Positions 46,924-57,100 of a stretch of DNA of 64,000 bases are shown one piece after another; position 1 is the stretch's first letter, and each line of letters opens with the position of its first letter. This DNA comes from Candidatus Latescibacterota bacterium. GTDB lineage: Bacteria > Latescibacterota > UBA2968 > UBA8231. The notes below the pieces were generated by a model. The model had not been told where the DNA came from, ran no database searches, and saw only the letters and a list, made by a program, of their open reading frames with translations. Location: positions 1,568,001 to 1,632,000 of the forward strand of contig OY730476.1 of assembly GCA_963422735.1 (NCBI GenBank). Direction: 5' to 3'. A program made the position numbers and the translations under genes.

Positions 46924-47970
46924 ATGTACTGGTTCAGCTTAGATCGAGGGGCTCATTTAGGCTCGTGCAAGGCCACGCGGATCGGTTCTCTGCTCATAGG
47001 AGCTTGCGTGGCATTTTCGTCACCAACGCAGGTGGAGGCAGTCAGTGCTGAGGAGGCCGTTGCATCCGCGATTGGACAGTGGGATAGAGTGCAAAACGGA
47101 CACGGTCACTCTGTGGCTGAGTACCGTTGGGCAACTGGCAATATAGACACTCTGTCCGTGCTTTGGCAGCGAGAGCAGTGGGTTGCATTTGACAAGGAGC
47201 GTCTGCTCTCACAGACGGAGATGACTTTTTGGGGAGATAATGGAGAGCGAAAGACGTTCCATGTTGAAGAGTTCGATGGCGAAACGTGGACTCGTCTTGT
47301 GGGGAGTGACACTAGTAGGGTAGAGAGTGCATCAAGCGGGAACAGGCCGATGCCACACTCATACGAAGGTCATCCCGTTGGTTGGAGCGGCCTTCTCCCG
47401 GGCGATCCCAAGAGCCTTTTGGAAGAGGCTGCGAAACGCGGCGATTTTGAGGCCCAAGGTGTGGTGACGGAGAAAGGGCTACAGCGCCTTCTCCTCAAAG
47501 GCTCCGTTGTGGTTGATGATGTTGTTCGCAACATCGAATTCTGGCTGGCAGAAGAACGTGGGTATCTTCCGGTGAAAATCAGGATGCCCTTGGGCCCTGA
47601 TTACCCAGGGGAGTGCGTGGTACGGCTTGAATATCGGCAGTACGGCAGTGGAGTGTGGACCCTATCAGCAGGCAGGAGTACAATGACTGACAATGAGACG
47701 TATTTGACGGAACATACGGTCGCGTTCCAGCCGGACTTTAGTGTCAACACAGGCGCACATCCTCGCTTGGAAGAGGGGCTTCAGATCCCTCCAGGTACGC
47801 TCATCATTGATGAAAGCACGGGTAATCGTAGCATCAGGCATTCCGGAGGAGGACAGGGCTTCCTTGAAGACACCGGTCCACAGAACTGGGTGGCAATGGA
47901 GCCTCAGCTTCTCGATGACGAGCAGTTGGAGAAGGTGGTTGGTAGAGGGACAAGAGTGAAATGCAGCTAG
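46924..47970 (+). CDS. Secreted beta-rich (LolA/lipoprotein-sorting-like) protein ending in a double-glycine-type leader
   Basis: AGGAGG RBS, signal peptide, FWLAEERGYLPVKI, IPPGTLIIDE, tail LLDDEQLEKVVGRGTRVKCS*. Confidence 0.7.
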   Translation: MYWFSLDRGAHLGSCKATRIGSLLIGACVAFSSPTQVEAVSAEEAVASAIGQWDRVQNGHGHSVAEYRWATGNIDTLSVLWQREQWVAFDKERLLSQTEMTFWGDNGERKTFHVEEFDGETWTRLVGSDTSRVESASSGNRPMPHSYEGHPVGWSGLLPGDPKSLLEEAAKRGDFEAQGVVTEKGLQRLLLKGSVVVDDVVRNIEFWLAEERGYLPVKIRMPLGPDYPGECVVRLEYRQYGSGVWTLSAGRSTMTDNETYLTEHTVAFQPDFSVNTGAHPRLEEGLQIPPGTLIIDESTGNRSIRHSGGGQGFLEDTGPQNWVAMEPQLLDDEQLEKVVGRGTRVKCS

Positions 47971-48147
47971 ATATGCAACGAGTGCGAAGTCTCGTGGCCG
48001 TGCGATTGGGGTAGCTTTTGGTGCCGTGCGGGATGCGCCTCGGGGTCAAGCAATTGTAATCTGTCAAACAAGACGGACCTGTGTTGGTGGCAATGTCCGG
48101 GACTATATCCGCAGGTTGTTACGGGTTACGCAGGGTGTGGGAGTTGA
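47896..48147 (+). pseudogene. Putative Cys-rich precursor peptide interrupted by an in-frame TAG (47968-47970)
   Basis: MEPQLLDDEQLEKVVGRG-TRVKCS*ICNECEVSWPCDWGSFWCRAGCASGSSNCNLSNKTDLCWWQCPGLYPQVVTGYAGCGS* (10 Cys). Confidence 0.65.
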
Positions 48148-48262
48148 TCCTGCAGGGCAAGAAATAGCTAGGGGGTGAGTTCTTGTTACAACCTGCGGAT
48201 GGCGGTCCACAGGGCTTCACGGTGAGGGACCACGTGTGGTGTTCCACCGATAGACGTAAACA

Positions 48263-48720
48263 GTGAGACCATCGCGAGAGAAACCAGTTGCATTGGGCCG
48301 TGGCATCCTTACTGTGCTTGTTGCAGTGTTGCTATGGGTCCACCTAAGCCACGCGGAAAACGGTGTGTTGTGTGGTCCGAGGTCCCTCCTTGCGTGGTTG
48401 CATTTATCCGGAAAGCGAGCGTCTCTGGACGATGTCTTGACAGCAGTTCGGTACAAACCGGGAGCTGCCGTCAGTATGTTGAGTCTAAAGTCGGCGGCTG
48501 ATTATGGACTTGCCTTAGAGGGCTTGAGGATCAACCTAGAGGACTACGTGAATGAAGGGCTCCGGGGAATCGTGTTCCTCGACGGTGGCCACTTCGCCAC
48601 TGTAGTGGGGCATACAACCGACGCAGTTGCCTTAGTAGACCCCCGACAGCTTGGTGGTTGAAGTGTCTCAGGACACGCTGAGACGGCGTTGGGGAGGGAT
48701 AGTTCTCGTGCCTAAGAGTA
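48263..48720 (+). pseudogene. Standalone peptidase C39 domain with signal peptide, frameshifted at the 3' end
   Basis: CGPRSL...SMLSLKSAA...HFATVVG...VDP gives the Cys/His/Asp triad. The expected tail VEVSQDTLRRRWEG / IVLVP lies in other frames after 48650. Confidence 0.75.
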
Positions 48721-48762
48721 GTGCTGAAGTGCTGACTCCTCCTGCAACACCAACCTTGGCCG

Positions 48763-49872
48763 ATGATTTGTGATTCCCTAGCCACCTCAAGGGCGGGCTC
48801 AATTCTCGTCGGAGTGTGGCTGATAATCGGAGTCTCGGTGCTTTCTAGCTGTGACTTTCTCTTATTTTCTGAATTAGAAGATGGCAAGGACGCGGGGTTA
48901 GAGTTCGCAGGCTGGCTACCAGCTTGGGCAGGAGATGCCGGATACCTAAGTGTGCTTGAAAACCGGGAGATGTTAACTACCGTCTCTCCTGTGTGGTACC
49001 AAGTGAACGAGAGCGGAGAGATAAGGTTCGTTGGTCCAGATAATCATCGGCGGATCGTGGACTCACTGCAGGATATGGACATCGGCATCCTTCCTTCGGT
49101 GCCTCTCTTCGATCATGAGCTTTTCACGACGATTGTAACAGACTCAATGCGCTTCGAGCGGCACGTTGCTGGTCTTGTCGATATCGGCCCTGATCCGGCA
49201 AATGACGGGATTGACCTCAACTATGAGTCCATCAAGCTCACAGATGGATCGGCCTACTATGAGATCCTCAAGCGTGTGGCAGCGTCTCTACAGGCCGAGG
49301 GGAAGACCGTCTCGGTGACTGTATTAGCGGAGTGGTCTGACTCCTCAGATGTATATCCGTCGTTCAAGGAGACGCATGAGGTCATTGACTACGCAAAGAT
49401 CGCGGCGGTAGCAGATGAACTACGCATTATGGCCTATGACTTCACTTCTGCGTATATGCAGTCTCCTGGCCCGATCGGGCCGCTCACTTGGCAACATCAG
49501 GTCCTCAATTATGCGATTGCTAAGGGAGTACCAAGAGGGAAGATTGTTCTAGGAGTCCATCTCTACGGGTACGAGTGGCACGTAGTCGTCCGAGGAGAGT
49601 CAAGGGATGAGAAAGAAGAAAGGCCCTCGTTCACGCCAGACTTTAGAGACAACAGCATTACTGACGTCCGAGTGCGTACATACGATTACCGCCTTGTCAA
49701 GAAAGCACTGTCGATCGCCTCAAGGTCAGCCACTTCCGAGCAAACGGCCCATCAGGGAGAGCAGATTCTCCGCTATACCCGGGTGTACGAAGGAGGACGC
49801 CCAACAGAGGTCGGAGCTATCGCTGATGGCTTGGAATCTCGTCACTTCATAGTTGAACGATCCGACAAATGA
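48763..49872 (+). CDS. Glycoside hydrolase family 18 lipoprotein, probably C-terminally truncated
   Basis: VSPVWY, DGIDLNYE, IMAYDF, PGPIGP, KIVLGVHLYGYEW, lipobox LSSC. The last barrel strand is not seen. Confidence 0.8.
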   Translation: MICDSLATSRAGSILVGVWLIIGVSVLSSCDFLLFSELEDGKDAGLEFAGWLPAWAGDAGYLSVLENREMLTTVSPVWYQVNESGEIRFVGPDNHRRIVDSLQDMDIGILPSVPLFDHELFTTIVTDSMRFERHVAGLVDIGPDPANDGIDLNYESIKLTDGSAYYEILKRVAASLQAEGKTVSVTVLAEWSDSSDVYPSFKETHEVIDYAKIAAVADELRIMAYDFTSAYMQSPGPIGPLTWQHQVLNYAIAKGVPRGKIVLGVHLYGYEWHVVVRGESRDEKEERPSFTPDFRDNSITDVRVRTYDYRLVKKALSIASRSATSEQTAHQGEQILRYTRVYEGGRPTEVGAIADGLESRHFIVERSDK

Positions 49873-50009
49873 CGGAGACGTGGTCCAGTCAGTTGCCACG
49901 CCATCAAGGACATGGGCCTCGGAGATTGGCAGTAGGGGGATGGATGTGTTCCAGTCTGCCGGGTAAGCAGGGACAGACGCTATGATCAGGAAGGCAACCC
50001 CACCAACCC

Positions 50010-51404
50010 TTACCCGCGTCCTAACACCCTCGCCGGCAGATACGTAGCCAGCTCCGGCACGAACCACAGCCCCACCAACAGCAGCACCTGAATCGCGATA
50101 AAGGGCACGACTCCCCGGTAGATCTGCGGCGTGCTGATCTGAGGGGGAGCGACGCCGCGCAAGTAAAAGAGCGAAAAGCCAAACGGGGGCGTGAGAAAAG
50201 AGGTCTGCAAATTAAGGGCGATCATCACGCCCAACCACACGGGATCCAAGCCCATCGCCAAGAGGATCGGGCCGACGATGGGCACGACGACGAAGATGAT
50301 CTCGAAGAAGTCGAGAAAGAAGCCGAGCAAAAACATCACGACCATCACCAGCGCGAAAGAGCCGACCACGCCGCCGGTCACCTCATGGGTCAGAAAGTGC
50401 TCGACCGCTTCGTCGCCTCCGTAGCCGCGAAAGACCAACGAAAACGCGCTCGCGCCGATGAGGATGATAAAGACCATGGCGTTAATCTCGGTGGTGGTGC
50501 GCATGACTTGTTTGAGCGCGGCGCGGTTGAACTGCCCTTTGGCCAGCGCCAAGAGCATGGCCCCCACCGCGCCAACTGAAGCCGCCTCAGTCGGCGTAGC
50601 CACTCCGAAGAGGATGGAGCCGAGCACCCCACAGATGAGGACTAACGGCGGCACGAGCGCTGCGCCGAGGCGGCGGAGGAAAGCCGCGCTGAGAATTTGC
50701 ACGCGCTCCTCGGCCGGCACGGCCGGCACGGCGGCTGGTTTGAACAGGCCGAGACCGACTATATAGAGGATATAGAGACTCATCAGCACGAGGCCGGGCA
50801 AGAGCGCGCCCATAAAGAGGTCCCCGACCGAGACCGAGACCGGGGCGAAGTTGCCCATTTTGATCTGGGCCTGCTGATACGCTGAGGAGACCGTATCGCC
50901 GAGGATGACTAAGACGATGCTGGGCGGGATGATCTGGCCGAGCGTCCCCGAAGCGCAGATGATGCCGGTGGAAGCCGCTGGGGAGTACGCACGTTTGAGC
51001 ATGGCCGGCAGCGAAATAAGCCCCATGGTGACGACCGTCGCGCCGACGATGCCGGTGGAAGCCGCCAACAGGCCCCCGACCAGACAAACCGAAATCCCTA
51101 GCCCCCCGCACAAGCTGCCGCAGAGTTGGGCCATGGTTTCGAGTAGGTCCTCGGCGATTTTCGAGCGCTCTAGCACGACCCCCATAAAGACGAACAGCGG
51201 CACGGCCATCAGGGTCTCGTTGGCCATGATGCCGTAGATGCGGGCTGGCAAAGCCGAGAGAAAAGCCGCGTCAAAGTCGCCGGTGAGGACGCCGAGGCCG
51301 GCAAAGCCGAGGGCTGTACCCGCAAGGCAAAAGGCCACCGGGAAGCCGGATAGCAGCACCGCGAAGGTGCAGAGGAACATGGCCAGCGGCGCGAGTTCGC
51401 TCAT
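50010..51404 (-). CDS. dctM: TRAP transporter large permease
   Basis: GFPVAF, AVPLFVFMG, ASGTLGQIIPPS, ATPTEAA, FLTPPFG. ATG 51404 overlaps the dctQ stop. Confidence 0.95.
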   Translation of the reverse strand: MSELAPLAMFLCTFAVLLSGFPVAFCLAGTALGFAGLGVLTGDFDAAFLSALPARIYGIMANETLMAVPLFVFMGVVLERSKIAEDLLETMAQLCGSLCGGLGISVCLVGGLLAASTGIVGATVVTMGLISLPAMLKRAYSPAASTGIICASGTLGQIIPPSIVLVILGDTVSSAYQQAQIKMGNFAPVSVSVGDLFMGALLPGLVLMSLYILYIVGLGLFKPAAVPAVPAEERVQILSAAFLRRLGAALVPPLVLICGVLGSILFGVATPTEAASVGAVGAMLLALAKGQFNRAALKQVMRTTTEINAMVFIILIGASAFSLVFRGYGGDEAVEHFLTHEVTGGVVGSFALVMVVMFLLGFFLDFFEIIFVVVPIVGPILLAMGLDPVWLGVMIALNLQTSFLTPPFGFSLFYLRGVAPPQISTPQIYRGVVPFIAIQVLLLVGLWFVPELATYLPARVLGRG

Positions 51405-51877
51405 TGGGTGCGGAGGGTTTGCACACTGTGGTAAATGATGGCTAGGGCTTGCAAAAACAGCAACGCGAAGCACAAGGGAATGGCGGTTTTGAGCAGATAG
51501 ACCGCCTCCAAGCCGCCGCCGTCTTGGGAGCCTTCGAATACGGCCCAAGAGTCGGCGACAAAGGGCAGCGACTGGTAGAGCAGGACCAAGCAGCAGGGGA
51601 TCAGCAGCAGCAAGCTGCCCAAAAGATCGACTAGGGCCTTGCGCCGGACGCCCAAGGGCCGATAGAGGATATCGACGCGGACGTGCGCGTCGCGCGAGAG
51701 GGTATAGCCGGCCGCGAGGAGGAAAGTAAAGGCATGCATATACAGAGCTATTTCCTGCATCCAGACCCAGCCGCGCCCAAAGAGGTAGCGCAAGATCACG
51801 ATGACAAAGGTCACCAAGACCATGCCCAGCGTCAGCCAAGGCACGGTGTGGGCAATGAAGCGGTTGAGGCGTTCCAT
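51401..51877 (-). CDS. dctQ: TRAP transporter small permease
   Basis: 4 TM segments, HVRVDILY, located between dctP and dctM. Confidence 0.93.
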   Translation of the reverse strand: MERLNRFIAHTVPWLTLGMVLVTFVIVILRYLFGRGWVWMQEIALYMHAFTFLLAAGYTLSRDAHVRVDILYRPLGVRRKALVDLLGSLLLLIPCCLVLLYQSLPFVADSWAVFEGSQDGGGLEAVYLLKTAIPLCFALLFLQALAIIYHSVQTLRTQ

Positions 51878-51883
51878 CCGGGG

Positions 51884-53008
51884 TCAGCCAAAGGTCAGGG
51901 CGCGGGCCTGAGCATAGGCTTCCTCGGAGATGCGCGTGTACGCGATGGAGTTTTTGCGAAAGGCATCAAACGAGCTATAGACCCGGCTGGAAAAGGGATC
52001 TTGCCCCGCGATCTCGGCTACGACTTCGGCGGCCACTTTGCCGATTTGCGCCAAGAGTTCGTCGGAGAAGCGCCGGAGCTGGACGCCGTGTTCGTCGACC
52101 AACGTCTTGAGGGCGTGGCTATTGCGCGCGGTGAACTCGCTGAGCATGTCGTCGTTGGCCGCTTGGCAGGCGCATGCGACGACGGCTTGGAGGTCTGCGG
52201 GGAGGGCTTCTAAGGCCTGTTTGTTGACCATGCACTCTAGCGCTGTCCCCGGCTCGTGCCAGCCCGGCCAGTAGTAGTATTTGGCGGCTTGGTGCAGCCC
52301 AAAGGCGAGATCGTTGTACGGGCCGACCCATTCGGTGGCGTCGATGGCACCGGTCTTGAGAGCTTGGAAGATCTCGCCACCGGGCAGGGCTTTGACCGTG
52401 ACTTCAAGGCGGCGCAGGACCTCACCGCCCAAACCCGGCATCCGCATGACCAAGCCGGAGAAGTCGGCTAGGGTGTTGATTTCCCGGTTGAACCAACCGC
52501 CCATCTGCACGCCCGTGTTGCCGACGGGAAAGGCCCGGAGGTTGAACGGAGCGTAGAGTTCGTCCCACAGACTCTGGCCGCCGCCATAGCGCAGCCAGCC
52601 GTTGATCTCGGCCGCGTTTAGCCCAAAGGGGACGGCCGAGAAAAATTGGGTCGCCTCGTGCTTGCCCTTCCAGTAGTAAGCGGCTCCGTGGCCCATCTCG
52701 GCGGTGCCGCCGGAGACCGCGTCGAATACGCCCGAGGCCGGCACCAGCTCACCCGCGCCGTACACTTTGACGTGCAGGCGTCCCTCGGACAGGGCCGCAA
52801 TGCTGCGGGCGAGGTTGTTGGCCCCGGTGCCCAAGGCCGGAAAGTCCTTGGGCCACGTGGTGACCATCTTCCATTTGAAATGCTGTTGGGATTGGACGGC
52901 AGGGGCTGCTTGCTGTTGGGATTCGCCACAGGCGACCAAGGTGCCGGCCGCAAGGAGCGGGGCGCGTTGCAGAAAGGAGCGGCGCGAGCGTGGTGCAGAA
53001 TCGTGCAT
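51884..53008 (-). CDS. dctP: TRAP substrate-binding protein (TakP/alpha-keto-acid type), Tat lipoprotein
   Basis: SRRSFL Tat motif, WKMVTTWP, GNTGVQMGGWF, EWVGPYND, YYYWPGWHEPG. Confidence 0.93.
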   Translation of the reverse strand: MHDSAPRSRRSFLQRAPLLAAGTLVACGESQQQAAPAVQSQQHFKWKMVTTWPKDFPALGTGANNLARSIAALSEGRLHVKVYGAGELVPASGVFDAVSGGTAEMGHGAAYYWKGKHEATQFFSAVPFGLNAAEINGWLRYGGGQSLWDELYAPFNLRAFPVGNTGVQMGGWFNREINTLADFSGLVMRMPGLGGEVLRRLEVTVKALPGGEIFQALKTGAIDATEWVGPYNDLAFGLHQAAKYYYWPGWHEPGTALECMVNKQALEALPADLQAVVACACQAANDDMLSEFTARNSHALKTLVDEHGVQLRRFSDELLAQIGKVAAEVVAEIAGQDPFSSRVYSSFDAFRKNSIAYTRISEEAYAQARALTFG

Positions 53009-53015
53009 GGAAATC

Positions 53016-53696
53016 TCAGCTTTTGTTGATCAGGTGGCAGGAGCCGTCGTCTTGGCCGACGATCACGAGGTGGGTCATCCCGACAAAAAGCCCGTTTTCC
53101 ACGACTCCGGGCAAGGCGTTGAGCCAGCGCTCGGTGGCGTGGGCGTCGTCGATTCCGGCGGGAAAACGAGCGTCGATGACGTAATGGCCGTTGTCAGTGA
53201 CATACGGGATGTCCGGGGCGCGCAAGCGCAAGGCCGGGGCGAGGCCCCGCTCTTTGAGGCCCCGCGCGACGAGGGGATGGGACCAAGGGACGACCTCGAC
53301 CGGCAGCGGGGCCTTGGTGCCGAGCTGATCGACTAGCTTGGATGGATCGGCGACAATGATTTGGCGCGCGGTGATGGAGGCGACGACTTTCTCGCGCAGG
53401 AGCGCACCGCCGAGGCCCTTGATTAAGTCGAGGCTGGGATCGACCTCGTCGGCCCCGTCGATGGTCAAATCGACGCTGGACACCTCGGCGAGCGTCGTCA
53501 GTCCAATGCCGAGGGAGCGGGCCAAGGCGGTCGTAGCTTCCGAGGTGGGGATGGCTTTAGCCGCTAGCCCGGCCGCGACGCGTTCCCCGAGGGCGCGGAT
53601 GGCCCACTCGGCGGTCGAGCCAGTGCCTAGCCCCACGATCATACCGGCTTCAATGTACTCGGCGGCGCGGCGGCCTGCGGCTTCTTTCGGAGTCAT
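53016..53696 (-). CDS. rpiA: Ribose-5-phosphate isomerase A
   Basis: GLGTGSTA, DGADEVD, IKGLGGALLREK. Confidence 0.97.
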   Translation of the reverse strand: MTPKEAAGRRAAEYIEAGMIVGLGTGSTAEWAIRALGERVAAGLAAKAIPTSEATTALARSLGIGLTTLAEVSSVDLTIDGADEVDPSLDLIKGLGGALLREKVVASITARQIIVADPSKLVDQLGTKAPLPVEVVPWSHPLVARGLKERGLAPALRLRAPDIPYVTDNGHYVIDARFPAGIDDAHATERWLNALPGVVENGLFVGMTHLVIVGQDDGSCHLINKS

Positions 53697-53708
53697 GTCT
53701 CTATCAAT

Positions 53709-54176
53709 TTACAGGCGCGTGCAATAGTGAATCTGGCGAGCGACTTCCTCAAAGCCGAGGCTGGGATACAAGTGTGCGCCGATGGGGTTTTGCGCCAGCG
53801 TCTCGATCTTGGCGCACTCCATACCCTCGGCGCGCAAATGCGCTAGCCCGCGCTCTATAAGCTGGCGGCCCATGCCCTCGCCTTGGCGGTGCGGCAGGAC
53901 GGCGATGTTGGGAATCCCGCCGATTTTGCTCTCGCGGTCGATGCGGGTGGTGATGTAGCCGACAACCTCGCCGTCTTCCTCCCACACAAAAACGCCGCTT
54001 GCCCGCTCGCCGGCCACATCGTCGTCAATGTGGCGCAGCTTGCGAAATTGCCAGTCGCGCTCGCCGATTAGCCCGAAGCGCTGCTCGATGTTGTGATCGA
54101 TGGATACCCCGGAGAAGCAAACGGCCGTGACGCGCTTGAGCGCGGGCAAGTCCTCTGGGCGATAGGGGCGGATCAC
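53709..54176 (-). CDS. GNAT N-acetyltransferase
   Basis: GTG start (IRPYRPEDL), NIAVLPHRQGEGMGRQL, LYPSLGF. Confidence 0.9.
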   Translation of the reverse strand: MIRPYRPEDLPALKRVTAVCFSGVSIDHNIEQRFGLIGERDWQFRKLRHIDDDVAGERASGVFVWEEDGEVVGYITTRIDRESKIGGIPNIAVLPHRQGEGMGRQLIERGLAHLRAEGMECAKIETLAQNPIGAHLYPSLGFEEVARQIHYCTRL

Positions 54177-54190
54177 GGGAAGTTTAGCTT

Positions 54191-57100
54191 CTAGGTGGAT
54201 GCGGAGATCTGCAACAGCGCTGGGTTCGGGGCGGCCTCGCGCCCGGCTAGCAACTCGGCAGCCCGCTTTTTGGCCGCCTCCATTTTGGGCTGCCGAACGC
54301 CGCGGTAGCCGCGCACCTCCTCGGGCAGGGACAGGACTTGCACCCAAGTGTCGTACTCGTCTGCGGAGCGCGGGGAAAAATCGGCGAGCAGGCTTTCGTA
54401 CCAAGCGGCAAAGTCGCGCTCTTCGCGGTGCCACCACGAGGAGCAGAGCCGACGGAGGAACTTCATGCGGGCGATCCACTTCAGCGGCCCATCGCCCAGC
54501 TTGAGATCCGGGCGGAAATCGCGGCCCAACAGGCGCAGATGCGGTCGATTTAGATGGCGGTAGCGGATGCGGTCGCCGCGGCCTGGGTCGATGTTGTAGC
54601 GGCGGCGGTCGCGGCGGTACTTTTCCTCGCAGGTGAGCAAATAGGCCACGTATATTTCGTCCTTGATGGCGAGGACCTTGGCGAGTTGGTAGATGACCGC
54701 GCGGGTCGCCGCGAAACTGTACTCAGGTCCGTCTTTGGCCTGCACGGCGAGCACTTGACGGATATAGCGGTCAGCGTACGCAAGGTCTTCGTACTGGATC
54801 AGGTCGTACACTCGCAGCGCGAAGTGCCGCCGCGCTGCGACGATGGGCATCTCGCGGATGCGTTGGCGGTAGCCCTCGGCGACGCGCTTGCCCCGCGTCT
54901 GGGCCAGCAGCGCAATTTTGTCGGCGACGAGTTCGGCGTAGCTAAGTGGTTTTTCTTCGACCGGAAAGTGGTTAGGATTGAGCGCCAGATACCGCCCCAT
55001 GTTAAAGGCTTTTAGGTTGGTCTCGAGGTCGCGGCGCACGGCCCGGCCTATGGCCCACAGCAAGGTGTCTAGCTCTAGGAAGAGCAACCCGCGCTGGAAG
55101 GCTACGCCGAGCATCATGATGTTGGCGTAGAGCTTGTTGCCCAAGTAGTGCTCGCAGATGCGGAAGAGATCCGCTCCGAAGTACGCGTCTTGGCGGGTGT
55201 GTTGGCGGATGAGGTCGGTTTGGGTCTCAGCCGAGAAGTCCTCTTGGCCGATGAGGGTGTCGATCGTGGGGGTCTTGGCGGTATTGACGATGGCTGCGGT
55301 GCGCTGCGGGTGGGCGATGCGATAGCGGCCTTGGGGTTCGAGGCCCCGCGCCGCTTCGAGTACGTCGAGTCCGAGGAGCAAGTCGGCCTTACCGCAGGGA
55401 ATCAGCGGGGAAACCGGGGTTCCCTTGGGCGCGTAGCTCAAATGCGAATAGACCGAGCCGTTGCGGATGGCCAGCCCCTTCTTGTTGGTCAGCCGCACCT
55501 CGTAGCCCTGCCGCACCCCGGCTTGCGCCAGCACTGAGGCCACCACGTTGACGCCCATGCCACCGACTCCTGCTATATAGGTGTACCAGATGTCGGCGAG
55601 GGGGTGGGATGTGGGTGCGGGCAACTCACCGACGTCAATGGGAGGGATAGAGACGGTGGGGGGGGCTTGGCGATAGACGGTGATCTCCTCAAAGGAGGGA
55701 CAGGTTTTGTCGCCATCGCCGACTTCGACCCGGGTACAGGCACCGTCGGCAACGCAAGAGGAAGGATCGATGGCGATCTTGGGGCCGTACTCGGTGGCGG
55801 ATGCGACCGTCAGGCCGCTGCACCCGGTGGCGCGGGTGCATTCGAGGCAGTACTCGCAGACATCTTCGCTGATGTTGATGTGCTTTTCGGCCGGCAGGAA
55901 GCCCCGTTCTTTTGCGATCGCGCTCTGGTGCGCCCGCTCACGGCGGTGGTAGGTGATGCCGCATTCCTTGTCGGCGATGATGATTTTAACCCCGTCGCGG
56001 AGCAAGGTTTCGCGAACGAGGGCGTCGTAGTCTTGGCGTTGGGATGGGTCCATGCGGGCGATAAAGGTCGGCGAGTCGCCCGCTAAGCCAGCGACGGTCT
56101 TTTCAATATCTTGGGCAAAGGTCGGTTTGCCCAAGACGTCGACGTCCACGCCCGGGGTGGGCTGGTGTCCGGTCATGGCCGTAGTCTTGTTATCGAGGAT
56201 GATGTAGGTGATGTCTTGGCCGTTTTTGATGGAGTCGGAGATGGCGATCATGCCGGTGTGGAAGAAGGTCGAATCCCCCATGAAGACGAGCTGTTTGTTG
56301 TCGATGAAGGGATCGATGCCCGCACCGGTGCCGCCGCCCAAGCCCATGCCGGAAAGATTGTGCATCAGCTCGGAAAACGGCGCGTACTTGAGCATGGAAT
56401 AGCAACCAATATCGCCGTGGAAGACCAAATCTACCGGAGCTTGGCCCTCAGGCGGCGCAGCTAGGTCGGCCGAGGCTTTCTTGAGCACACTGGCCGAGTC
56501 GCGGTGCGGGCACCCCGGGCAGAAGGAGGGTGCGCGCGGCGGAACGGCCGTGGTGGCGGGCACGGGGGCCAAGGCGTCGAGTTCGGCCTGTAGTTTCTCG
56601 CGGTCAATAGGTAGCTCGGCGTCCAGTGCGGCGAAGAGGCGGGATAGGTCTTGAATGATGAGCGAGGGATGCAGACCCTGGACATCGGGAAAGCCCGGGG
56701 CGTTGCCCGGGAAGCGCTTCCCCCACAGCGCAGGGCCGAGGTCTTTTTGCCGCGCTAGCTCGGTGGCGACCTGCGGCTCGATAAAGGGCCGCTTTTCCTC
56801 GACCACGCAGAAGGCCTGCACACAATCGGCAAAGCGCGCGATCATGTGGGGATCGGTTGGGTAGGTAATGCCCAGCTTGAGGATGGGGAAGTGCCCGCTC
56901 AACCCGAGGATGTGCAGGGCGTGTTCGAGATAGCTATACGCCAAGCCGGAGGTGATAAAGCCCAGCGGCTTGGGGGCTGCGCTCGGAGGATAGAGGATTT
57001 GGTTGATGCCCGCCTCCCGCGCTAGCTGCCATAGGCGGGGATAGCGCTGGTGTACTACTTCGCGCTCTTTGTGCGCCGTGGCCGGCGGGATGATGACGCG

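Larger units (their letters stand above)
45321..49992. mobile_element. Inserted, decaying accessory cassette (no integrase)
   Basis: Lies between two copies of the dctM 3' end, has different codon usage, and all its genes are on + and broken or truncated. Confidence 0.72.

Noticed and set aside
47968-47970. Pyrrolysine or amber recoding of the in-frame TAG
   Set aside because: TAG ends many normal genes in this window, no pyl genes are visible, and neighbouring island genes are also broken.
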